Shown piece after piece: positions 47,073 to 55,600 of a stretch of 64,000 nt of DNA. Source of the DNA: a virus. How positions within the stretch are numbered: the stretch's first letter is position 1; each line of letters opens with the position of its first letter. The DNA is taken from UHGV virus genome UHGV-1351772; one strand, given 5' to 3'. The translations under genes were made by a program, and so were the position numbers. The notes under the pieces were generated by a model. It made no database searches and was not told the DNA's origin. It was given only the letters and a program-made list of their open reading frames with translations.

Positions 47073-48224
47073 TTAAATGTTGGCAACAAACAACAGTTGG
47101 CTGCCGTATTTTTGCACGTCAGCCCAACCGTAGTCTTTCCCGATTATAGGTAGATGTAAAGCATCCAGCTTCTCGTCTTTCGCCTTCAGTTTCGCCACTA
47201 ACGCATTGGACTCCTCAGCACCGAGCAGTAATGCGGGTTCTTTTTCAGTACGTCCTTCTGCGGTCGGGAAGAAATCGTAATAGCTGCGAGTAGGTAAATC
47301 GACAGAAAAACTACGATTGCCTATTGTGATGAAGAACGCAACTCCTTCACAGTTAACATCTACACTACACGACCACCCCGCCTCTGTTAAAAGGTCTTTT
47401 AACAGACACCACACTTTAAGTTGGTTCTTAGAAAGTGTACGGTAGATAGCAAGATGGTCAGGAAGTAAATGCACCGCCATAATCATGTTTTCACATTTCT
47501 CGTCAAGCAACCTTGGATGTTGAATCGGGAACAATAATTCACTGATACCCACGTTATCAATTTTGTTAACAAAATCAGTTAATTCATCTTTTAAGGTACG
47601 CACGGATTTTTCTCCTTCGACTTCAATAATCTGGTGGGGTTCGCCGCTAATTAAAATGTGGTAAACGATGTCGTCGGTAGAACGGTAAGTGAGTTTGATA
47701 GCTTTATCACTTAACATTTCGTAGCGGAAGAAACTTTCGTACCAAGTTGACCCGAAATCGTTTCGTGTAAGTTCCTGCTCAACTTTGATGGTTTTTGCTT
47801 CAAAGCCGATTAACCCGCTTAATAACGCGAGTTCTGGTTTAGTTAAAATGCCCGCACCGTGAAAGGGCACTTTCTCAAGCTGAAAACATAAATTACTGAC
47901 TTTACCACTTGGGAAGACCTTAAACATAATCTTCCGGCTGCTACTCTTTTCCCTAACAACGAGTTTACGGTAATTTAGTCCACAATTTGTGTAAACCGCG
48001 AACTTGTAACCTTCAATTTCTTCATCGTAAGTACAGACATCGACAGGTGCGATAATCTCATTGTATTCAGTAAGTACACAGCAGCCCAAGTTATAACCAA
48101 ACAACTCACGTTGTAATGAAGACTCGATGGTTAAGCTTGGTAGTGACCAAACCCGATTATAGCATCTGTCCATCAGTTCTTTTAGGATCTTGGCATGTCC
48201 TGGTTTAGAAATAATATTACGCAT
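47073..48224 (-). CDS. Member of tandem paralog family with conserved C-terminal module
   Basis: 383 aa; C-terminus IIGKDYGWADVQKYGSQLLFVANI. Confidence 0.5.
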   Translation of the reverse strand: MRNIISKPGHAKILKELMDRCYNRVWSLPSLTIESSLQRELFGYNLGCCVLTEYNEIIAPVDVCTYDEEIEGYKFAVYTNCGLNYRKLVVREKSSSRKIMFKVFPSGKVSNLCFQLEKVPFHGAGILTKPELALLSGLIGFEAKTIKVEQELTRNDFGSTWYESFFRYEMLSDKAIKLTYRSTDDIVYHILISGEPHQIIEVEGEKSVRTLKDELTDFVNKIDNVGISELLFPIQHPRLLDEKCENMIMAVHLLPDHLAIYRTLSKNQLKVWCLLKDLLTEAGWSCSVDVNCEGVAFFITIGNRSFSVDLPTRSYYDFFPTAEGRTEKEPALLLGAEESNALVAKLKAKDEKLDALHLPIIGKDYGWADVQKYGSQLLFVANI

Positions 48225-48254
48225 TTTTACTCTCCTTTAGTGTTTTTTCGTTAC

Positions 48255-48809
48255 TTAAGCAGGGTAAGCTAAGAACAACAGCTGCTGGCCGATTTTACGT
48301 ACGGTATACCAACCGTGGGCTTTAGCGACCGCGATCAACGTTTCCCAGTCGTCAACATCGCACTGTTCATTCCGAAGTCTTGTAAAGAGTGCCTCGGCTT
48401 CGCTTTGGTTTAATAACTTACCTGGGTTGTCTGGGGTGCAGTCAGTAGGGGTTGGAAAGAAAGTATACTGACGCGCTAGGAGAAAATCGACCAGATACTT
48501 GGTATTTTCTTTATAAACCAGCGTGGAAGACTTTCCTTCGTGGAAGAAGCTGCCTGTTTTCCAAGCGCTATCCCCCAGTAAGCTCTGAAGGTAATCTGTA
48601 AAGCCCGTTCTGAAAGGGATATGGTTTTTACGTGTGATGTTACGACGCAGCGGGGTTTCCTCTACAGCTTGTACACTTACCCCTACTATCATCGCACCTG
48701 GCTGAATAATGCTATTGGTCAGTACGGTATAAGGACGGACAAAGAAATGTTCGCCTACGCCCTTTTCAAGGGTTTGGATAATTTCATTTTTCAGTTCAGT
48801 TTGAAACAT
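48255..48809 (-). CDS. Member of tandem paralog family with conserved C-terminal module
   Basis: 184 aa; C-terminus VAKAHGWYTVRKIGQQLLFLAYPA. Confidence 0.5.
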   Translation of the reverse strand: MFQTELKNEIIQTLEKGVGEHFFVRPYTVLTNSIIQPGAMIVGVSVQAVEETPLRRNITRKNHIPFRTGFTDYLQSLLGDSAWKTGSFFHEGKSSTLVYKENTKYLVDFLLARQYTFFPTPTDCTPDNPGKLLNQSEAEALFTRLRNEQCDVDDWETLIAVAKAHGWYTVRKIGQQLLFLAYPA

Positions 48810-48840
48810 GGTATATTCTCCTTTTTTTCGGTTTTCTTAA

Positions 48841-49578
48841 TTACGCAGTTTTAATTAACAGCAGATAGTCCTTCGTAATCTCAGCACAACTCCACCCTCT
48901 CATCGTGGCGATTTTACGAAGATCAATTTTCTCGTGATATTTCAATAAGGGATCGTCCGGGTTAATTTCAACCAGGTGTGTGGCTTTAGAAATCGTTTCC
49001 ACATCTGGGATCTGTTTTGCTAAGTCGGATGCAATCAGTTCAATAACGCGGTATCCCTTTAACACAGAAACATAGATGCGCAAGCCATATAGCGTGCCCT
49101 CGTCTTCTAATGGACAAAGATCGATGCCGGGTCCAAGCAGTGATAACTCGACGTTATCGGGAAGGTTTTCTGCATTTCGGAGTAACCCTATCCCATTTCT
49201 AAACAGAGGGAAGTAAGAGAATAGTGGTGGTAAAGGCCAACCGTTCCCAATAAGCACATCATCGATACTAGTAGGCGTGTTCGCAAGAAGACGAATGTGG
49301 TCAGCCACAACTTCAAGTTCGGCATCACTGATCAACTTATAGATTAACATGACGCTGGTTTCGGTATTAAAAACAAAGAAGACGCGGTTGGCGTAACTAC
49401 CTATCACGTATTCGTCAATCAAGCAGTCGATAACGTCACTGTCTGGATAATCTTCAGGTTTAATTGTTCCAGCATCGATTAACTTAGCAGGTTGCGATTG
49501 TTTTATTAGTTCGTTAACCACCGTAGAAGAAAGTTCTAAACTGGTATTGGTAAAGATATCGTCTAATAATTCTCTCAT
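48841..49578 (-). CDS. Member of tandem paralog family (divergent C-terminal module), first gene of leftward block
   Basis: 245 aa; N-terminus MRELLDDIF; C-terminus IATMRGWSCAEITKDYLLLIKTA. Confidence 0.5.
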   Translation of the reverse strand: MRELLDDIFTNTSLELSSTVVNELIKQSQPAKLIDAGTIKPEDYPDSDVIDCLIDEYVIGSYANRVFFVFNTETSVMLIYKLISDAELEVVADHIRLLANTPTSIDDVLIGNGWPLPPLFSYFPLFRNGIGLLRNAENLPDNVELSLLGPGIDLCPLEDEGTLYGLRIYVSVLKGYRVIELIASDLAKQIPDVETISKATHLVEINPDDPLLKYHEKIDLRKIATMRGWSCAEITKDYLLLIKTA

Positions 49579-49672
49579 GATTTACTCGCTAATCCCAATG
49601 AAGGGAAGGCTATTATTATGGATTGTAAAAGAGGTATAAGGAAGTCACTACGTTCCTCTGGGAAGAGTATGT

Positions 49673-49712
49673 CGGTATACTCCGTATACCTCCGCTATTT
49701 ATATCCGTATAC
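49673..49712. promoter_or_regulatory. Three direct repeats of C(C/G)GTATAC in divergent control region (candidate operator)
   Basis: CGGTATAC at 49673-49680, CCGTATAC at 49682-49689 and 49705-49712; each contains the palindrome GTATAC. Confidence 0.35.
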
Positions 49713-49817
49713 ATAATGCCCCTACCCCTACCGGTATCCCGAGTAGCAGAATAAAGGGTCATAATGTAATTTTTTAGTAACCTTTAACGAAAGGTACTAA
49801 AAGGGTAACGTGTCCGT

Positions 49818-49872
49818 AGGGACTGAACTGGTACTTCAGTCCCTATTCACTTAAGTAAAATATATCTGAAAT
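49818..49872 (+). promoter_or_regulatory. Conserved hairpin + 22-bp AT-rich motif (copy B), candidate phage-specific promoter for gene 49898
   Basis: Hairpin AGGGACTGAA-CTGGTAC-TTCAGTCCCT, then TTAAGTAAAATATATCTGAAAT ending about 25 nt before the ATG; AAGGA ribosome-binding site between. Confidence 0.45.
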
Positions 49873-49897
49873 CAATTCCGATCTAAGGAACGTCCCG

Positions 49898-50863
49898 ATG
49901 GAGAAATCCAGTGTTGATTTTTTCTCAATTGGTATCGTCGCGGAAGACAAACCCCGTGGTACAGATCGGGTAAAAGTGATACCAATTGAAACTAACTTTG
50001 CTAACCCTACTGTGGTGCAATCTGTTTCTTCAGCAACTGAAAAGACGCATGAAACATCTGGTGCAACAGATAACCTAACCATTAAGACGGGAAACACGAT
50101 AACGGCAAAGTGGTGGAAGTTTAACTCCAACCGAATTAATTCCCCTGACGTTAAACGAGAAGATTACGTTATCTTGTTACGTTTGGGGAAAACCGATATT
50201 TATTTTTGGATTGATCTGAACTTCGCTAACGTTAAGCGATTAGAAGATGCGGTTTATGCGTGGTCGGCTGACCCTGAAAACCAAATGGCGGATGACTTGT
50301 CCAATGCGTATGTGTTGAACGTTTCGACGATTGACAAACATATCACGCTAAGAACAAGTATGGTGAACGGTGAGAAAGCGGCGTGGTTGTTTCAGTTTGA
50401 TAATGCAAACGGTACGTGGCAGTGCGTTGACCATAAAGGAAACAAGTATTACATTAACTCGGTTGAAGATGATCTCGGGTTTGAGAATGCGATGCTTTCA
50501 AAAGTGAACATCAACAAAGAAGATGCGTTCATTTATTCAAAGCGTTCTATTAACCTGGAAACGAAAACGATTAATGAAAAATGCGAAGTCCGCAATACGG
50601 AAGCAGCGAATTCCGTTACGTTTAAAACACAAACCTGGTTAACAGAAGCGGGCAGTTCGACAACGTTTAAAACGCCGAACTTTAAACAAGAAGGGAAGGA
50701 AGCGATGTTCACCGGTAATTTGGAAGTCGCTAAGAACTTCAAATACGGTGGTACGGGTGAGGGTGTGGGTGTCTTTACGGTTAAAGATGCCGTTATTTCC
50801 GGTATTACCTTTAGCGTTCACATTCACCAAGGTAAACATGGCCCGACATCACCTCCGCAGTAA
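49898..50863 (+). CDS. Hypothetical protein, possibly virion structural (beta-rich, repeated TFKT segments)
   Basis: 321-aa ORF; first rightward gene after the control region; C-terminal repeated TFKTQ/TFKTP motifs. Confidence 0.45.
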   Translation: MEKSSVDFFSIGIVAEDKPRGTDRVKVIPIETNFANPTVVQSVSSATEKTHETSGATDNLTIKTGNTITAKWWKFNSNRINSPDVKREDYVILLRLGKTDIYFWIDLNFANVKRLEDAVYAWSADPENQMADDLSNAYVLNVSTIDKHITLRTSMVNGEKAAWLFQFDNANGTWQCVDHKGNKYYINSVEDDLGFENAMLSKVNINKEDAFIYSKRSINLETKTINEKCEVRNTEAANSVTFKTQTWLTEAGSSTTFKTPNFKQEGKEAMFTGNLEVAKNFKYGGTGEGVGVFTVKDAVISGITFSVHIHQGKHGPTSPPQ

Positions 50864-51069
50864 TTCCCCTTTTTCTTACGTTGTTTTTATATATTGTGAC
50901 CTGACGTTGGTAAAGCTTTTTATCAACACTTTTCTTAAACCCATCGTTTAGTTAAGCAGGCCACTTTTTTCGCGCACTCTACTCCTCCCTACGGGGAGGA
51001 GCTATCTTATGCTTCGGTTGTAACACACGTCGGTCTTAGACCACCTTCCTTTTGAAATGGAGAGCTGTT

Positions 51070-51279
51070 ATGTCTATTAAAGAGTTCTCTTCTGCTGAGC
51101 ATATTCCAGAAGAGTTTAAGAAAATCGGTAACGTTAGCGCTTTCGGCGACACCGTTGATCATGTAACGGGTAAGCTGGCTGCTGAAGCTGAAAAAATTGG
51201 CGGCGACGCATTCAAAGTTATCGGTATTTCCGGCAACAACAAACTGCACGGTAACGCAATTGTCTACAAAAAAGACTAA
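51070..51279 (+). CDS. DUF1471 (YdgH/BhsA/McbA-family) domain protein lacking a signal peptide
   Basis: Start placed at MSIKEF (GGAGAG upstream); IGNVSAFGDTVDHVTGKLAAEAEKIGGDAFKVIGISGNNKLHGNAIVYK matches the DUF1471 core; own upstream hairpin and strong downstream terminator. Confidence 0.55.
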   Translation: MSIKEFSSAEHIPEEFKKIGNVSAFGDTVDHVTGKLAAEAEKIGGDAFKVIGISGNNKLHGNAIVYKKD

Positions 51280-51280
51280 G

Positions 51281-51340
51281 CGAAAAAAAAACGTGCTACT
51301 CCTACCCTCTTAGAGGGTAGGAGGTTACTTTATTTTTTTC
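51281..51340. terminator. Bidirectional intrinsic terminator
   Basis: 11-bp stem CTCCTACCCTC / GAGGGTAGGAG with 3-nt loop, flanked by A-run and T-run. Confidence 0.75.
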
Positions 51341-52592
51341 GTGCTCTAAAGCGATGCATTTCTAAATACACTTTTTCCCAGGGACCGAATGGACCGACGA
51401 TTGCTTGCGCGTCGTTAATCTTCTTCTGATTATACCACCGGGCTTCACGAAAGACGTAGTTTTGACTGTCGAACTCCGTGGTGTTAAATACCCACTCACC
51501 CTCCTCCCATGTAGGCCAATAGCCCACCGTCTTTCCGAAGCGATTATTTAAGTACCCTAATGGTTTTTCAGAATCAGGATCGCTAGGGTCCTTGAGATAA
51601 CAACGTCCCCAAACTGCGTTATGTGATACACCCACAACCTCTTCTTCTAAATACGGATTATCTACCGTAAAGATAAACGAAGACTCGTGGAGTAAAAGCG
51701 CCTTTAATGTTTCGGGGTTGCGAATACGTTGGACATTAGTAGGTGTTGATAAATCCCCCACACCGATGGCGTCCCAGTCGTAATAGCGACGGGTTTCCAG
51801 AACGGTCCGTGCAAGATCAAAATTCGGTAAAGAAATCATGATCGCACGGTCGGAGAAATAACCGCCAGGAGGCAACCAACGTAATAGTCCACCGATGACG
51901 AAACCCACCGTTTTTCCCGTGATAGATTCGGGCAGCGAAATCATTAACGTAGAGTAATAGTCGCGTGTAGTGTCGAGCTTGTTTAGGGTAAGGTTGGCAA
52001 TGGGGTAAGTTTTAACATTCCCTAACTGACCAAAAACCATACAGCCGATATCTGGCGTACAGGCTCTTCGTACGATTTTACCGGCCCCGGGTAATCGGAC
52101 ACCTACGGTATCTGTCTGGTGCGGTACCCATTGACCGTTAATGTTGTACAGTACACTATTACGGTATTTGTCCTTCCACTTGTCCTCACAAACGATGACA
52201 ACGTCATCAGCATCGTCTAAGCTGAAATCTTGACTGTGGTGGTACCCAGGCGGACACAGATATGTTTCAACGGGTACGTCAGCATTAATCGATTGGTAAT
52301 GTGCCCAACTGAATTCGAGTTTCGGCAATCCGGCTTTTAGAGTAGGGATGACGTTTCCGGCTTTTTCATTTAACCAATCTTGTAAAGTGTCTGTTCGGTT
52401 TTGTAGTTCGGCAAGATGGTATTGGCTGACTAACGTATAGTCTTTACCAAGTGCACTTAAACCGATCTCAAAGGTGTGGTAGTCTGAACACAACGTATTT
52501 AAGGGTTGCGTGACATCGATGGCTCCCCAGGTACGGGACTCTCGAGAGAAGCCAAAAGCGCTGTCGGGCCGCACTTGATAAGCAGTAGTCAC
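51330..52592 (-). CDS. Hypothetical protein (leftward gene inside rightward late block)
   Basis: 420-aa ORF, convergent with the DUF1471 gene and divergent from the first tail-fibre gene. Confidence 0.5.
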   Translation of the reverse strand: MTTAYQVRPDSAFGFSRESRTWGAIDVTQPLNTLCSDYHTFEIGLSALGKDYTLVSQYHLAELQNRTDTLQDWLNEKAGNVIPTLKAGLPKLEFSWAHYQSINADVPVETYLCPPGYHHSQDFSLDDADDVVIVCEDKWKDKYRNSVLYNINGQWVPHQTDTVGVRLPGAGKIVRRACTPDIGCMVFGQLGNVKTYPIANLTLNKLDTTRDYYSTLMISLPESITGKTVGFVIGGLLRWLPPGGYFSDRAIMISLPNFDLARTVLETRRYYDWDAIGVGDLSTPTNVQRIRNPETLKALLLHESSFIFTVDNPYLEEEVVGVSHNAVWGRCYLKDPSDPDSEKPLGYLNNRFGKTVGYWPTWEEGEWVFNTTEFDSQNYVFREARWYNQKKINDAQAIVGPFGPWEKVYLEMHRFRARKK

Positions 52593-52660
52593 AGCTCTTT
52601 TCCTCTATAGATTCAAGTCATAGTATGAACTTCGACGCCCACGGACTATAGGAGTAGAGA

Positions 52661-55600
52661 ATGGCTGTCGTCCTAGACCCACACTTCAAAAAACCGGGGA
52701 ATAAAATAACCGGTGAAGCGGTCGCCGTCATTGGTACGAAATACCGAATGTTGGTACCTGCCCACGCCCCTTTTTTCACCACATCCCTGGTGGTCAAGAG
52801 CGGCGGCAAAATACTGACCTTAGGCGACGATTACGTTATTACACACCCGTACGAGACCGGTATGTTGCGCACAGCCTATCTCATTCACGGGATGATTTGG
52901 ATTGTTAATGACAAATACAAATCGAATTTTACGGTAGATTACCACGCCGTTGGTTGTGGTCAGGCTACCCAACAACAGATTACCGCAGAACGCGAACTCA
53001 ATAAAGATAAATACCCGTCTGCGTGTCAGTGGGACACCGTCATCGGGGACGTTTACTTTCCGCCGGTCGATATTCAGTTCGATTGGGAGAATTGGAAAGG
53101 TGAACTGGAATTAATGCAGGCTATTGCTGGATTAGGCGATTCGTTAGGGGAAGTCGTGAGTCGGCTTAACCCCATCGCACGCAATACCCTGGATTTAGAA
53201 TACCGTGCTAATAGCAAGGTTATCACTTCCGAGCAGTATGCCGTATACGACAATAAAGGTGGCTTCACCTACAACACTGCCCGTCATCGTTATAGCTTGA
53301 GTTATAAAACTGCAACCTTTAACGACTACGCCCTGTCAGTGAAACACAGAATTCCTGCTATTCTGCCAGACATGACGAAATTGAATCCAAACGAACAGAT
53401 CGATTGGATGCTCTGTTATGCTAACGGCGGTGCAAGTATTCTACGGCTGCAGCTAAAACAGCGCAAAATCTCACTGGTCTTAACGGTCGCTATTGGTAGC
53501 GGTTCAACAAACTACGATTATACGTTAATCAACGGTTTAACTGACGATGAGTTAAAAAACGATATCGATTTTAGTGTAACCCGTCAACCCGGAAACGGTG
53601 TTTACGTCATCGTAGTAAAAACAAATAAACAGACCATGGATTACACATTCAACGTCGATACACCGCCTGATGAGTTCTCGGCAGGGTATTCGAAAACGGA
53701 TGTTGCTAAATGGTTGAAGTTTAAAACGAACATTAATTTAAACTGGTATGCGGCCGAAAACGATTATATCCAAATTCGTTCTTTACCCGGCGCACCAGAA
53801 CCTGACGTCGATAACGATGTTTACCAGTTAATAGTTAAATATCATCAGTTAGTTGAGCAGCTGTATCGTAACGCGCCTGCACACGAACACGTTACACGTA
53901 AGGACAACCCGCACACCGATACGTGGGGTCCGATCCGTGCGTTAGAGCTGAATGGTATTGCGTCGGATGCCGCGTTAGCTTACGGGAAAACGAAACAACA
54001 GTTAACGGATTACGTTAATGCTAAGTACCCAACACAAGCAACGTTAACCGCACAGAAAAAATTGCTTCGTGAATCGGCGAGCAAGAACGTTAACGGCACG
54101 ATTACCACACTTCCGGGTTTTACTTCGTTCACGACGGAAGTTGATCCGGTTTCGATGTCGAAATACGTGAGTCCTTATTTTAGCGAAAGCTATGTTAGTA
54201 GTGGACACAGATATCACGGTGCGCTTCGTTACACAGGAACGAAAAACGGTTTCAGTGCTAACTTTAATGCGGTGCCTGCCAACCTGCAAGATATTGACTT
54301 TATTGTTACTGGACGTAAGACAGCATCCGGTAATGAAGCGGTCGGTAGGGTTGGTTTACGTTTCTACGAAAACCCGGGTAGTAACTCCGGTAAGTTCGTA
54401 GAGATTACTGGCCAAATCTGGGGTGGTACCCTTACTATCAGTCTGACATTGAACGGTTACGGGAGTCCGTTACCGTCAGTACGTTATATTTCTCAAGCTC
54501 CTAATCCGGCAATACCGGATGGGGATTTTACGCTACGTTTTCAACTGAAGCGTACAGGGAACGTGTTTAACGTCGTTATTACCGTAAACGGTAAAACGTA
54601 TAGCGGTCGGATTAACTTCGATAACATGGACGCTGCGTTAGAAGCATTAGAGAATCAGCACCACTTTAAATCGCTGATCAATAATGTTGCTGACGCCGTC
54701 ACTATTAGTTCGCAAAACAAAGGTAACACGGTTACCATTAAGAAAGCACCGGATGTTGTTGATGGGGTTCGCTTAGGTGCCCAGTTTGTCGTTGATCCGA
54801 AATCCATTAAGTTTATTGGCCAAGGTTCAACTGATGTTAACGTAGGAAATAACCCCGTAACGTTCCAAGCAGGTACTAACCAGCTTATGTTGTATCCTGA
54901 TGATCGTGGGTTACAGTGGCGTGGTAAAAAACTCTTAGACCCCACCACCGTGGCCCCGTATCTACCAGGCAATACCGCAGGTGGCACAGGTTTATTCTAC
55001 GCAAGTTCGACAACAACGGTTACGATCACCGGTAGCGGGATAAAAGCCTCGCCGTTCGTAGCGACCTTTATTCTTCCTACCGCGACCGATACAACAGCTC
55101 TGGCAGCTTGGCAGTTGACCGATGAGTTCGGTACCGCTGAAAACCTTGCAGCAACGCCAGCACTGATTGAAAAACTCGATGCGGAGTTCACCGGTAAGTT
55201 AGTTGCAGTTAAATCGTACATTAACGACATGCAACTTACCAGCTCGGTTACTATCGATAAGATTACCTTTGGTTTAGGTAATGTTGCGAATACGCCCGAT
55301 GCCGATTTACCGATTTCTACAGCACAGCGTGCGGAGTTAGATAAATACTCGCCTAAAGTTCACCAACACCCGTTTACCGCTTTTGGTACTGGGAACGCAA
55401 CCACAGCGCAACGTGGTCTGATTAAATTTGGTCTGGATGTGGATGATGCGACTTTAGCACTCGATGGGAGTGTGGTAATGGCGCAGACTTCTCAGATTGA
55501 AAAATTGGAGCGCGCTGTCAGCGGTGTTGACTCGGAGGCACGTCTTGACATTATACGTTTTGGTGAGTCTGGTAACGACTTAATAGACCTTACGGTCAAA

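Noticed and set aside
49579-51069. tRNA or other structured RNA genes in the two longest non-coding stretches
   Set aside because: No cloverleaf-compatible arrangement and no GTTCGAATC-type T-loop found by eye; the hairpins present are better explained as promoter-associated or terminator structures. A tRNAscan run would be decisive.
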